64,000 nt of DNA from Plasmodiophora brassicae (GCA_036867785.1 CP145420.1:1-64000), one strand, 5' to 3'. Counted from the stretch's first letter, positions 47,554 to 60,373 are shown. Made by a program: numbers and translations. The notes: generated from the letters alone by a model not told the origin.

Positions 47554-49471
47554 TCAGGGCAGCATGAGCAGAAGCGCACCGAGGGTGCCGACGGCATTGG
47601 TTGCCCACGAGGTCGGCATCCTGGGTGACGACGACTTGGCAGCTAACGTGCTCGACTGCCCCGGCGTCGGTGTACTCGTCACCGTGACCTGGCAAGGACA
47701 AAGTGCTCCGGTCAACCATTGACGCATGGCAAGACCTCAGCGGGCGGTCGACATACGGGCAGGACTGGGTTAATCATGGCCGCGTCCGGCAGCTCCCACA
47801 TGAGCATCCAGTTCATGTATCCGTTTGTGGCGATGTCAGCCTGCAAGCCGTAGTCGGCGGTGACGACGTCGGGAACGGCGACCTGCAGCTGAACGGTCGC
47901 CTGGCCGGTCAGGACCGCGACCTCGCAGGACATGAGGGACGCCGGCTTGAGCACGAACAGGCTGAGCCGGAACATGAACAGACGGCAGACGTCGACCCCG
48001 TTGTCGAACGCCCACGTCGGGTCCAGGTTGTTCAGCGACACCGTCAGCGTCTGCGACGAGGATCCCGCCGGTGCCGGGCATGCCGGCGCCGTGCCGAACC
48101 CGTCACATTCGCTGTGCAAATAGGCGGACGCCAGTGCCAGCGACGTCTGATTCGCCGCGTACCGGTAGACGACCTCCTGCGCACAGCACCCGAGCGACGA
48201 CTTCAGTTGAACCAGGCCTGCATATCGGTGCGGGTGTCAGGCGCGCTGGGGCGGCCCGCCGCCATCGGGAAGACTGACCTGCGCTGCAGGTGGCATTGCA
48301 AGTGCCATGGCTGCTGTCGAGAGAGACGGCTGTCGGCACGTGGCAGGGCAGCGCCTGCAGGGCGGCCTTCTGCTGGAACAGCTTCGTGCCACACAGCGTA
48401 CCGTCGGTGTCTCGCGCACACGCCAGGTCGGCCTCCTCGATCGTCCTCTCCAGGGCGTTCTTGATCGGGGTGTACGGCGTGGGGCCCCCATTGTTCAGCC
48501 AGGCGTCCAGCGCTTGGTACTGATTGTACGACTGGGCCATCATGCCGGCAAGAATGCCACCGTAGGACTGGCATTTGTCGGTGCACATGGCCGGCGTCGG
48601 GTCGGTCGGCATTGTCGTCGTCGCGCGTCGATTGGCGCCGATCTGCGCTTGAAGCAGCGCCTGTGCTTCGTTGAACAGCGCGTCGGTGCGCTTCCCCGAC
48701 ATGCACCTGCGTGGGTCATGGACCGGCGGGGGGTCAGACACGGCACACGTACGCCGGGACGGTGGCCTACCAGTTGCCCCGGTGACGAGAGCAGAACGCC
48801 GCCGACACCACCGAATAGGAGAGCAGGTCGATCACGCCATACATGTGGGCCGACATGGACGCCATCGAGCAATGTGTCTGAGGTGGGTATCCGACGGCCG
48901 CCCCGTCCGCTCCGCTGCAGAGCCCCTGCAGGACCGTGTCCGTTAGCACGACGGGCGGCGACGACGTCGTCCTGGCCGACGATGATGGGGACCAGAACGC
49001 GTCATTGCGCGCAAGGCAGTAGGCGCCGGTGGCGTCCTTGCGGCAGATCCTGCTCATGTAGGTGCCGACCAGGCCAGGCAGGCGGTCGTCGTAGAAGGCG
49101 ACGTTGCCGCAGGTCGCGATCATGGCACTGGCTGTGGACACGACCCGATCGTGGCAACTGTCGGGGCCAACGCAGAACGTGGCGTTGATGCTGGGCAGCG
49201 ACGACGGGTCGCAAGCGAACATCGTGTCCTGGAACTTCAGGAAGGCCTGTTGGCAAGGCGTCCGCCTAGCTTGCAGCAGGTGTCGTCGTCGACCGGCGTA
49301 TGGACCCTCGGGGCTGTCGTTGCGCGTCGCGTTTGGATGCCAACGGTGGGCGACACGGGGACGCCACGATTGGATCAGGTGGAACAATGTGGCATCGTTG
49401 GCGGTCACGTGGTCGACCAGGACGACAGCGGCACAGCACAGCGAGCCGACTACGACAACGACGAACCTCAT
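47554..49471 (-). CDS. Cys-rich secreted, probably GPI-anchored surface protein, multi-exon
   Basis: Signal MRFVVVVVGSLCCAAVVLV; repeated C.(K/R)D..G..C modules; inferred last exon S/T-rich then GTLGALLLMLP*. Confidence 0.7.
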
Positions 49472-49746
49472 CCAGTTTGCAATCGTGAAGGGTACGCCCG
49501 CGCGAAATGAATATCGGTGCCGTGGCCCACCTGCACCGGCCCCGATGTACGGTACGCTGGAACGACCCAAACGTGGGATCGCGGAGACCCTCACGTCATG
49601 CGACGCCTCACGCCTGACGTGCGTCGCGGTCAGCGCTATTTCTGTTTCCGCCACAGTGCGACCGGTGACAGTAGCTGCGCTGTTGTTGTCCGCGTGCGCA
49701 GTTGCTCTGCGGGTCCGGGGTCCTGCCTGCTCCTGGACGATCGACG

Positions 49747-50334
49747 ATGACGTCAGTGCCGGCCGTACTGCTGGTGGCCGGCATTGCTGCCATCGCTAAA
49801 CCGCTGGTAGATGGGTCTGCGGTGCAGAAGCTAGACGATCTCATGAACGAACTTGTACTCGAAATGGCCTCGTGCGACATCGACGATGCCTACCCTGACA
49901 GCTGTGGGCGGGCCGGGACGCCCGCTGCCCTGCCGCCGCGATTCCTATGCACGCATGAACGGGATGAGGTGCCTGCCCCACCGACGCGTTCCGTGTCGCT
50001 ACCCGGCGCTCCACCTGAGTTCGACGGGCATTCCAGCCTTATCAAGGAATGGGATGCGCTCTGGCAGGCACTGCGACGCCTGCCTCCGTACCCGCCGCCG
50101 ACTCGACCCCTGCCTGCACCTCCAGTCGAATCGTCGAATGCAGATCAGCAGGTGGACACCGCCGTTACTCGCTGTCGACCGGATCATGGACAGGGGCGGG
50201 CATCGTCCGGCCGTACCGTGACGCTGTGGAATTCGTACCCGCCGCCGCCTCATAGCAACGCTCGCGTGCTGGTGCACCCGCGCGTTGCCAAACTTCGACG
50301 GGATCGCAAGCCGGGTCCTGTCGTTCATCGGTAG
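49747..50334 (+). CDS. Hypothetical protein with signal-like N-terminus
   Basis: MTSVPAVLLVAGIAAIA; Pro-rich; 3' structure uncertain. Confidence 0.4.
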   Translation: MTSVPAVLLVAGIAAIAKPLVDGSAVQKLDDLMNELVLEMASCDIDDAYPDSCGRAGTPAALPPRFLCTHERDEVPAPPTRSVSLPGAPPEFDGHSSLIKEWDALWQALRRLPPYPPPTRPLPAPPVESSNADQQVDTAVTRCRPDHGQGRASSGRTVTLWNSYPPPPHSNARVLVHPRVAKLRRDRKPGPVVHR

Positions 50335-50607
50335 GGATGGTGGTAACGCCCCTACCAGGCGGCGGTGTCGTCCCAAAGGTTGGCCCCGTTGCCCATCCGC
50401 GCTAACCAGACAATACACGTTTACGAGGCATTGCGTAGGGTGGCAATCATCTGCGCCTCCAGCTGCCCATTGGAGAACGTATTCAGCGAGCCACCAATCA
50501 GCAACCACTGATGCGCGCCGTTACCGTCTGCCTTAGCTTGATCTTGGCGAGGATCTCGGACACGGTCTGCTCCAGAGTCTGCAACGCGCGCCCACACACA
50601 TACAACG

Positions 50608-51201
50608 TCAATCATCGTCGTCATGGCGCGCGTCAGACGCGCGAACACGCACGAGCATTCTCCGGATGCGGCCGCGTTCGAAGGAGCTCTCCTGTCGCAT
50701 CTGCCGGGTCATCATGGTCTGCAGTGTGGCGATCCTGCCGAACACCTCGTCCTGGCGGCGCTGCAGGTCGGCCAGCGCGGTCTGCGCCGCCGAGATCATG
50801 TCGCGGACGCGCTCGAACTCCTCCACGTCGTCGTCGTCGAACCCGTGGCCCTCGTCGCCCTCGCCGGTGCCCGTCGTCCGCGCCTGCAGGGCCTCCACGC
50901 AGACGCGCAGACGCTGGATCTCGTCGCCGACGACGTCAATGTCCCGCTGGATGCCCGCGTACACGACGGCCAGGTCTGCGCGAGCAACGACCAGCTCCTG
51001 GATCGATCCCGTCGCTGTCGTCGTCGTCGTCGCCGTCGCACCGGCCTCGTTGGCGGCGGGCGCGCGCACCGACTGGTCGACAATGTCGCGAAGTTCCTGC
51101 CGGCACTTGCCCAGGCGGTCCTCCAGCTCGGCCGTCGTCGGCAGCGCGTTCAGCTGGGCGGCGTACCTGGACGCCGTCGCCGACGACGCGATTCGCACCA
51201 T
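50608..51201 (-). CDS. Coiled-coil hypothetical protein
   Basis: Heptad-like helices, GC-ending codons; 3' end may be spliced. Confidence 0.55.
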   Translation of the reverse strand: MVRIASSATASRYAAQLNALPTTAELEDRLGKCRQELRDIVDQSVRAPAANEAGATATTTTTATGSIQELVVARADLAVVYAGIQRDIDVVGDEIQRLRVCVEALQARTTGTGEGDEGHGFDDDDVEEFERVRDMISAAQTALADLQRRQDEVFGRIATLQTMMTRQMRQESSFERGRIRRMLVRVRASDARHDDDD

Positions 51202-51420
51202 GAGCAGTGGCGCTGCTGGGCACGTTAGGACACGTCAGGGCACGCGCCATCGAGAACGATCATCGGTCCACACACACACACGCGCTTCCAGATGGTTCAC
51301 GAGGGTGCAAATATCCCGAACAACGTCGACCGGGGAGGGTTCCAGACTGGTCAGTGCTGTCACGACGACCACCGCAGGGTTCCGTATCGCCTCGTGGGCC
51401 AGGTGTGTGTACTGTGTGGT

Positions 51421-52374
51421 TTACATGTAGCGGGTGGCGCTGGGCGCCATGTAGGCCGGGGCTGGGTTCGGGTTGCCGCCCAGCACGGGCACGAACTGGG
51501 GCGCGATCAGCACCGCCGGCGACGCCGCCGGGATGATGCACTCCTGTGGAGCCGATGCCGGCGACGCGACGATCGGGACCAGCACCTGCGGCGGTTGCTG
51601 TTGCTGGATGATCAGCGTCGCGTACGAACCGACCGCCGGGGCATCGGTCGGCACCGGGCGCACCGCCGCCGCCGGTGCTGGACTCGTTGCTGGGCTGGGA
51701 CCTGCTGGGTACAGTGCCGCTGGGGCAGGCGCCTCGTCGTCGTCGTCCACTTCGGGACTGTCGTCCGAACCTGGCGTCGGCGCGGGCGTTCCCGGCGCCG
51801 TTGTTCGCGTCGCGGGCGCTGCTACGTTGCCAGTCGGCGGCGGCGTTGTCGTTGTCGAAGCCGGCACCGGAGATGGGGACGCCGTCGCCGGGGCGCGCGT
51901 CATGGGCGACGCCACCGCTGACGACGGTGGTGGTGTTGGTGGCGGTGGTGGAGATGTGACAGGGGCAAACGATGACGGCGCCGGCGAGGGCACCGGTGCG
52001 AACGTCGGCGACGTCGTTGCCCATAACGTGGAGCTGTTCGTTGTGGGAGGCGCCGTCGTGGCTGGTACCGGGTACCGGGTCGACGTCACTGGGCCATGCT
52101 CCGGGTACAGGCCGGTGGCCGGCGACGACGACGAGGGAGCGGACGGCGCCGGGTACAGCGTCGGTTCGACGTAGTCGCCGATGTGGCGGTAGAACGAGCG
52201 CGACACCTGCGGGAACGGCGGCGTGTCTGGCACGATCGGGATCTGCGTTGGCGCCGATGCGTTCGCCAACGTGCTGGCGTTACGGTGGGGGTCGTCAACG
52301 GTGGCATTCTGGGCCAGCGCCGGCCAGCCGGCCGACATCGCCAGCACGCACAGGCACGTGATCATGGGCGACAT
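51421..52374 (-). CDS. Secreted Pro/Thr/Ser-rich mucin-like protein
   Basis: Signal MITCLCVLAMSAGWPALA; low-complexity P/T/A/S body. Confidence 0.75.
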   Translation of the reverse strand: MSPMITCLCVLAMSAGWPALAQNATVDDPHRNASTLANASAPTQIPIVPDTPPFPQVSRSFYRHIGDYVEPTLYPAPSAPSSSSPATGLYPEHGPVTSTRYPVPATTAPPTTNSSTLWATTSPTFAPVPSPAPSSFAPVTSPPPPPTPPPSSAVASPMTRAPATASPSPVPASTTTTPPPTGNVAAPATRTTAPGTPAPTPGSDDSPEVDDDDEAPAPAALYPAGPSPATSPAPAAAVRPVPTDAPAVGSYATLIIQQQQPPQVLVPIVASPASAPQECIIPAASPAVLIAPQFVPVLGGNPNPAPAYMAPSATRYM

Positions 52375-52588
52375 TATGGGAATGAGCGCCTCGGGGACGA
52401 CGGGTGGAGAGCAGACCGGACGACGGGTGACTCTGACTCCAGGTCGGGTCAAGCCAGCCACAGGGCGCCCCCCGATGGAGGAGTTGCGTCAACACGCTGG
52501 CCTTGGCGATTGAGTCACACTCAGTCGATACCGTTATTTTAGAATCTTATTCCTGTATTGGTTTATCACCTGCTGCTGGGGCAGGGAT

Positions 52589-54723
52589 TTAGACGCGCGC
52601 CAGGCCATGCCGAGGCGGCATGGGCCCATCGTACGCCATCGGCCCGCCATAGGCGACCGGATTCCCGGCCGCCGCTGGCGCCTGCGTCACACCCAAGGCG
52701 AACGCATCGACAGGGATGGCCAGGACGGGGAACGCGACGAGCGCGTTCGGATCCGGTACCGATGGGTTCCGCATGGCGGCCAGTGCCAGGTCCCCTGACG
52801 ACGGGGCAGGGGGTACGACCGGCGGGACCGTCATCACGGGTGCCATAGACGATGTCGGTCCCGGGCTGACTGGCGCGACGCTGGTGGATCCGGTTGTAGG
52901 CGCCGGCGACGACGCGGGCGCTGGGGTCGGCGATGTGCTCGACGGAGGCGGTGTCGTAGGTGGCGCTGCTGTCCTGGAATCGACGGACGACCCTGGTGCA
53001 GGCGAGGGGGCTGGCGTCGGCGACGGAGATGGGGCAGACGCCGACCCAGACGGGTACAGCGCGTGCCGGCCGCTCCGGTACCCTCGAGCCGAGGCGTCCG
53101 ACGGCGCCCGCCCCGCTGCTGCCGCCGGCGATCGACCCGTCGCAGGATCCGCCGACGCGCCCGATGTTGTTGGTGCCGGTGACGTTGTCGCCGCTAGCAC
53201 GTCACCACCCGACGTTGGAGCTGGTGATGGTGCCGGCGTTGGCGCAGGCGTCGGCGCTGGCGTTGGCGCGGGAGTCGGCGCTGGCGTTGGCGCGGGAGTC
53301 GGTGCAGGCGTTGGTGCAGGCGTCGGTGCGGGAGTCGGTGCGGGCGTTGGTGCAGGCGTCGGCGCGGGAGTCGGTGCAGGCGTGGGCGCGGGAGTCGGTG
53401 CGGGCGTAACGGGTGCAACTGAGGCGGCCGACGTCGTCGGTGCAGGAGATGGCACGGGTGACGCAGGGTCGTTCCGCGCCGCATCGCTTCTGGCATTGGT
53501 CGACGGCGACGGCGCTGTGATGCACTCGTTGTTGTCAGGGACCTGCCTCGGGTTGGCGGGTCCTGGCGAGACGCGATCCGCCGCCGGGATCTGGTCGGGT
53601 CGCATGGTGACAATGGGCAGGTGGATGCCGCACCCGTCCAGGTTGGCCGGTGCCGACGGCAGGGCGCGCAGGTTCGACTCGGCGACCTGCTCGAACCGGG
53701 GCCCCAGCGCCTTGTCCCGGATGCAGTTGTCGATCGCCAGCTGGACGCCCGGGTTCGCGGCCGCCTCGCGCTCCAGCCCGCAGCAGCATTGCCTGGCGAC
53801 CTCGTTCAGCACCTTGGCGCTCTCGAAGACGGGCGCGCACGGCGCCGCCTCCGCGCCAGGCGAGGCGTACGCGGGCACCTCCTCGACCGATGACGCTGGT
53901 GCTGGGCCGCACCGGTCCTTCACATTGGCAATCGGTGCCACGCCGGCACCACCAGGGGCGCCCACCGCGAACTGGGCCGCCCACTCGCCAGCGGGCGCGT
54001 CCCGGCGACGCCGCGCGTCGCACGTGCCGCACATCCCGGTGCAGGCCGTCGCGCCGGGCGCGTCAACGCGCACCATGAACGGCGACAACGACACGGTGAT
54101 CGGCCCGTCCCGCGTCGTGTTGATCTGAAGGTCCAGATGCCGCTGCCCTGCATCATGGGCACACCCCCCGGTCAGCGAATGCGATGCGACGCGACGTATC
54201 GTCGTGGCCGTCCTACCCACGTAGTGCAACGCGATCGGGATCCTCGACGGCGACACGCCGTTGATGTTGTCGCGGACGAAGGCGGGCGCCGCATCGAGCG
54301 GCATCGCCTGGCCGAGGACGTGGACCAGGTCCCAGGTGCCGCCCCTGATCGACCCCGTCCTCATGTTGAACCGGCACAGGCCGTCGTCAACCTGGGCAGC
54401 AGAGGGCGACAACGTCAGTGTGGGGCGCGCAGGCCAGGGGACGAACGGCCCGGGCGCCGGGGGCGTACCTTGATGCGGCACGAGTCCAGGAAGGAGACGG
54501 TGCCGTTGTAGTCGGCGGGCGAGCGGTACTCGCACTGGAGCTCGACCTCGGCCGTGCTGAACATGCGGAACAGGCCCTGGCCGGCGTAGTCGAACGTCTG
54601 CCCCTGGCACTGCTGGACGTGGCCGGCGCCCGACGACGTGCATTGGCAGGGGGCCGACGCGACGAGCGACGCGCGCATGGCCATGGCGGCCAGGACACCC
54701 AGCAGCGGGACGTATCGAGGCAT
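52589..54723 (-). CDS. Secreted vWD-like domain protein with (PTPA)n stalk
   Basis: Signal peptide; CTSSGAGH...[18 protein letters not shown]; introns near 54390-54468 and ~54135-54210. Confidence 0.75.
53225..53406 (-). repeat. 12-bp coding tandem repeat encoding (PTPA) x~14
   Basis: GGCGTCGGCGCG/GGAGTCGGTGCA variants in tandem. Confidence 0.95.
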
Positions 54724-55486
54724 ATAGAGACAGCGACGGCCGCGCCTAGCGATTAGATTGAATCTATGCGAATGCACGTCTCACGAACAGGGCCAGATCG
54801 TTTCTCTGTGTGTCCTCGGCGTGACTCAACGGTACCGGTTGAGTAAAACGGCGTTGACCCGGCGAGCGCTGACTGGTTTCGTCGTTGACCCGCCGCCGTT
54901 CCGTCTCTGGACCGATCACGAACGACGCACCACGTTCGCAGCAGGCTGTGTGCTTCGTAGCCGGGCGCCTGCGCATGGTCGTACGTTGCGTCTGACGGGT
55001 GGCGGAACGAGGATCGCTGCTCGAACGGCAACCGAAAGCGTCCCCACGCGCCGGTGTGTCTCCTGTACGCCGGGCGACGACCCGGGAGAGGGTTGCCCTC
55101 GACAAACGTACAGTAGGAAGCCTGGTCGGCGATCGTGCTCCTGGGCCCAGGAGCGGAATCTCCGGCCCGGGTCAGATTCGCGCCGAACAACGAACATTTG
55201 GAAAACGGGAACGGGGATGCGCGCGCGCGTGCTCGGCCCATGGGTTGATTCACGCGCCGACGACGAGGTACACGATCCGCGCGTGACCCGCGGGACGCGC
55301 TCGCATGACTCACCTGACCCGCGCGCATCGCCTCTCGCCCTTGTGACGTCTGCACCGCGCGACGCTTCGTCCACTTGTCAATCGGACGTATTTAACGCAC
55401 GTCGTGTGGCGCGGGCGCGTCCTGTGGCTCATCCCCCAAACTCTAAACCGTCTCCCTATCTAAACCCGTCCCCGGCGGCAGGCAGC

Positions 55487-58350
55487 ATGCGCGTCGTCGC
55501 CCTATCGATCCTGGCGCTGGTGGTCGCGACCACCGCCCACAGCGCCGTGCACTGCTCGATCCACGGGTCCACCCATGTCGTCATGTCGGACGGCACCAGC
55601 AAGTACCAGCAGCACAGCGGCGGCCTGTTCCGCGCGTTCGCCACCGCCTACAACGGCATGCGCCTCGAGGTCCAGTGCGAGTTCACCGATCGGACCGCCG
55701 CCCCGGGCGCCTCGCCGCAGCAGGTCACGTCGTCGTCGGCCGTGCTCAGCGAACCCGAGATGACGTCCTGCCGCCTCCGGGTCTACGATGTGGCGCGCGG
55801 GTGCGGCGTCGACGTCCGCCACGACGGCACGCTGAACCGCGGGTACGGGTCCATCGCCGGCCGGGCCATGCCGCTGGCCGCCATGAACCAGGTGCCCATC
55901 GACCCGCACCTCGGCGTCAAGGTCATCCCGTTGACCGGCAACGCCCTGTCCGTCGAGGCGAACTGGAACGGCACCTTCATTCAGGTACGATGTGTCGCGA
56001 TGCGCCCCTGTCCCCCCCTCCCCTGACGCGCGTGCCGCTGGGCAGGTCGTCCTGGGCGAGAAGTACATGCAGGTGCACAGCGCCGTCGTGCCCAGCTGCG
56101 TCGGCCTGTGCGGCAACTGCCAGGGCGTGCAGGCGCCCCCGATGGACATCAGCTCGATGGCGGCGTTCGTCGCGTCGCAGCAGGTCGCCCCCGCGCAGGC
56201 CATCCAGCCGCAGGCCCTGTGCGGCACGTCGGGCCTCGGCCTCGGCGCTTCCCTGTCGACAGGTCGCCTCCCCCGCTCGTCGTCCTCGTCATCGTCGCAC
56301 CCAACTGACCGTTGGGTGCACACAGGCATCCCACAGCTGTTCCCGCAGCAACAGCAGGGCGCCGCGATGCTGGGCGCGTACCCGTACCCGGCGTACTCGC
56401 CGCCGACGCTGGCCGACCTGTACTACACGGCCCAGTTCCCGACCGAGGCGCAGCTGCTGATGGCGTTCGAGCAGTGCTCGGCCGGCGACATGGTCCGCCT
56501 GCAGTACGACCCGATCTTCAACTCGTTCGTCGAGGACTGCATGTACGACAAGTCGCTGGGCGTCGGGTACGTGTGTGTGTGTGCCGCGCGCGCGCCCCCT
56601 CCATGCGCTGACCGCCCTGTTGCTCTGCAGGTTCGATGCGGCGGCGAAGTCGTCGATGGACGCGTTCGTCACGTTCACCGAGTCGATCCTTCGTAGCGCG
56701 CGGGTCGCCCAGGTGCTGGCCGTGTCGCCGTACCTGGTGCAGGTCTGCGCGGCCTGCATCCCGGTCCAGTGGCCCGACACGATCCAGACGACGCAGATCC
56801 TGACGTCGATCACGTCGTCGTCGTCCGGGTCCGCCCGCGCCTACGAGCGCCTGGCCAGCGGCGGCGTCACGTTCCCGATGCGGTACGCGTCGATCAACAA
56901 CTACGCCATCGATCCGTTCGTGCAGACGCTGCTGGCGTCGGCGCTGTCGAGCGCGTCGGCCAGCAGCAGCAGCAGCAGCTGGAACGCTAACATCGTCATG
57001 CCGTCGTGGTCGTCGGCCTCGATGCTGACGCTGCCCTCGCAGCTGGTGTCTGCGCCCCTCGTCGTCGACGGGCAATCGTCGCTGTCGTGGAACACGATGC
57101 CGCTGCTGGGCGGCGGCGTCTGCACCACCATCGACCCGTCTCGCCTGGCGCAGATCGAGATGCTGATCCAGCAGTACGTCGAGGGCGGGCAGGCGACGCA
57201 GCTGGCGTCCCTGATCCAGCAGGGGCAGTACTACTCGGTCTGCCAGGCCCTGGCCTGCGGCATGGGCCAGCGGTCGCCCACGATGGCCAGCTTCGCGTCC
57301 TACCTGCCCATGTCGTCGGTGGCGTCGATCTGCCCCATCAGCACGGTGCCGTCGTCCATGTTCTACCACAGCTACGGGCAGTACAACGGCAGCAACCTGC
57401 CGTACAACGTCTACGGGCAGTCCACCGCCTCGCTGTACGACAACTACCTGCAAGGCGCCACGTACGCCCAGCAGATGCTGGGCATGTACGGGTCGTACGG
57501 CTCCATGAGCGGGTCCATGTACGGGCAGGGCATCAGCGGCAACCCCTACTACGGCGGCGGCCAGGCGTTCCCCACCGGCAACGGCATGTGGAACGCTGCC
57601 AACGGCAACGTCGCGAATGGCTACTTGAGTGGCCAGGCCTTCGGCGCCAACAGCATGTCGAATGGCAACGTCGCCAACGGCATGTGGAATGGCAACGCCG
57701 CCAACGGCATGTGGAACGGCAACGTCGCCAACGGCATGTGGAGCGGCAACGTCGCCAACGGCTACTTCAATGGCCAGGCGTTCGGCGCCAATAGTATGTG
57801 GAATGGCAACGTCGCGAATGGCTACCTGAGTGGCCAGGCCGTCGGCGCCAACGGCATGTGGAACGGCAACGTCGCCAACGGCCAGGCGTACGGCGGCAAC
57901 ATGTTCAACGGGAACCTGGCCGCCAGCCAGTACCTCGGCGGGCAGGCCCTCAACGGCAACGGCTTCGTGGCCGGGTCGGGCGTCCTGAACGGCGCAGGCC
58001 AGGCCGGCATGATGACCGGCAGCAGCGTCCTGAACGGCGCGTACGCCAATGCGAACATGCTCGGCACGGGCAGCGTCAACACGTTGGCCGGCCAGTTCGG
58101 TGGCAACTTCAACGGGCAATTCGCAGGCGGCGCGTTCAGCATGAACGGCCAGATGTCCGTCACCGGTGGAGCATCACAGCAGCTGCTGAACGAGGCCGAA
58201 ATGCTGGCCGGCGCGCCGGCCATGTCGCCTGTGCAAGGCGCAATGGGGACCGGAGGTTCGACCGCCGAGCGCATCCTGGCGCAGCAGGACACGGGCAACA
58301 CCGTGCAGGCGCTGGGGCAGGCACCGCTCGGCGCCACGCTGATGGCCTAA
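55487..58350 (+). CDS. Secreted vWD-like domain protein with Asn/Gly-rich repeat tail, multi-exon
   Basis: Signal MRVVALSILALVVATTAHS; CSIHGSTH..SDG; GLFRAF..LEVQCEF; CVGLCGNCQ; DCMYD; introns near 55986, 56263, 56568. Confidence 0.75.
57580..57925 (+). repeat. 27-bp-based coding repeats encoding NGMWNGNVA interleaved with NGY(L/F)(S/N)GQA(F/V)GA
   Basis: AACGGCATGTGGAACGGCAACGTCGCC variants in tandem. Confidence 0.9.
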
Positions 58351-58458
58351 ACGGCGTCCCCCGGATCACGTAAATAACGATACACAGTTGGTTATAGGAC
58401 GCCGCGCGCCAGCGCCTCCGTTCATGGCCAGTGTTGTGTGTACTGGCGGTAGGCAGAG

Positions 58459-58988
58459 TTACGGCTCCTTTGGCGTCACCGCCTCGCCTGTCAGACACGT
58501 GCAATGAGAACGCAGGCTGCCTCCTGGGCGATCGCAGACCGTAGTAGAATTTCTGCAGGAACGGCGACACGTGGCGCGACGATTGGACCAGGCTGGCCGG
58601 GACGGCGATCTTCGTGTCACGCCACGGTTCCAACGCCTTCAGGACGTGGGACCTGGTCTTGAACCCCAGCAGGGTCTCATGCAGTTCCATCTCGGCCTTG
58701 CAGCGAAGCATGTCGATCATGTTGATGTCGTCCACGTCCCTGAACCGGCGAAACCGCGTCCCGACGTTCTTGACGGCCTGCGGCGTCGACATGTCGCTGA
58801 TGTCATAACCCTATCGGGGGGCGGACGCGTGTCATTCGCCGCGGCGGGACACACGGGCAGCCACCGACGTTGAGGATACCGGGCATGGCGCGCACGACCC
58901 GCCGGTACAGGTGCAGCACGCGCTGCCGGGCCTCGTGCGCACCCGCCGACGCGAACGTGGACACGGGCGGCAACGAGCGCGGGTTCAT
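58459..58988 (-). CDS. NDUFA6: Complex I LYR-motif subunit B14/NDUFA6, about 3 exons
   Basis: EARQRVLHLYRR, D...IDML..KAEMEL.ET...KTRSHV, FLQKFY.G. Confidence 0.88.
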
Positions 58989-59194
58989 GACAGGGTCAAT
59001 ACAGCCCCCCTCGGGGAGACGAACGCAGACAAACGCTCAAACCGCGACGGAAATGCGCGTCGCCCGTCTCTCTGTGACGAACTGATTCCTGCGCCGGTTT
59101 TGCCGTCGCCCCCTTTTTGCCCAGCCAGCCCCCCGAGGCCCCGGATGACTGCGCTGTATTTTGGACAGATAAAATAGCGTTACGCGGCCCACTC

Positions 59195-60098
59195 CTACGT
59201 GGGCAGCTCCCAGGACGTCCTGCCCGTCGCCTTGTTCACGTAGTACCGGTTGCCGGTCTCGTTGTCGACCACCTCGGTCCATTCGTCAGCGGGGCCGGAC
59301 GCGACCGCCCGCTGCGGCGAGGACGACGGCTGTTTCTTGGGTGACGCACGCGACCCCTTCTGCTCCGAGCCAGCCTGCTGCTGCTGCTTGCCTTCGACGT
59401 CGTACCGTTCTGGCTGCGGCGGCGGCGGCGGCGGCATGTGAACAGGCTGGTCGGCGGGTGTGTCGGCGGCCTTGTACAGATGTTTGTAGCTGAACTCCAA
59501 CGTTGCTTCGTGGCGGAATATAACGCCATAGAGGTTAGCGAGAACGCAGAAGATCCCTGGCCCAGGGTCATTCGTTAACCAAGTACGATGCGGACGTCGC
59601 TCCGTACCGAGCCCAGCGGCAATGTATCCCATGACGCCCAAGCCTGGGGGCAGCACGGGTGGTCAGTCGGTCGCAACGACAGGATATCGCAGAAGCGACC
59701 GGACCCGTTGACAATGTCGACACGAAGAATATGAAGGCGGTACGACCCTTCCAGCCGAGAATCAGCGCCAGGTGGTTGGCGATGAACGCGTGCGCCCAGC
59801 CGAAACGCGACTGCCGCCGAATATGAGCACGTCAGCAGGGCGAACGACGCCGGCCCATACCTCGAAAAGCAGCAGCAGTATGCCGAATACGGCAACGAAG
59901 AACCCATTGAGCTGACCCGCAGCGTCACACATGAGGGCCGCCGCAAATGCCCAGCAGACGTACGAATTTCGGCACGCTGAGTCCGCCGATCAGTATGAAC
60001 GTCAGCAGGCCGGCGATGATGAAGAGCAGGGACGCGATGAAATTAATGCCCTTGAGCGCCTTGACGAACGCGCCGTCGCGCAAGCGGAAGACCTCCAT
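59195..60098 (-). CDS. COPI-associated/TVP15-like membrane protein with C-terminal WW domain, multi-exon
   Basis: Several TM segments, GWKGRTAFIFF, poly-Pro, WW domain EWTEVVD..TGNRYYVNKATGRTSWELP. Confidence 0.65.
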
Positions 60099-60373
60099 GG
60101 CGACCGCGCCGCCGTCGTCGACACGTCAGTGATGTGGCGGCCGGCCGAGCGAGCGAGCGGGTGGGCGGCCTCCTGCCTCCACGACGGCGAATCTTTTTCA
60201 GATACAGGTCGCACCGTCGCAGTCGTCTCTCGTCCGTCACGGTCCACGTATAGGGGCAGGAAGGGGCCACTCACCCGCCCGGTATCACGCGCTCGCCTAT
60301 ACCTATTCGTCATGCGTGCAGCGAAACGGCCACGAAAGGTGGTGGGTTTTCAGGGGCTTCACTTTATTCTGGT

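Noticed and set aside
52716-54128. Silk/elastin-like (GAGV)n ORF on the + strand
   Set aside because: Antisense shadow of the (PTPA)n gene, which has the signal peptide and Cys domain.
56518-58119. 533-aa minus-strand ORF with VAVPHAVGD repeats
   Set aside because: Antisense shadow of the Asn/Gly repeat exon; high GC suppresses stop codons.
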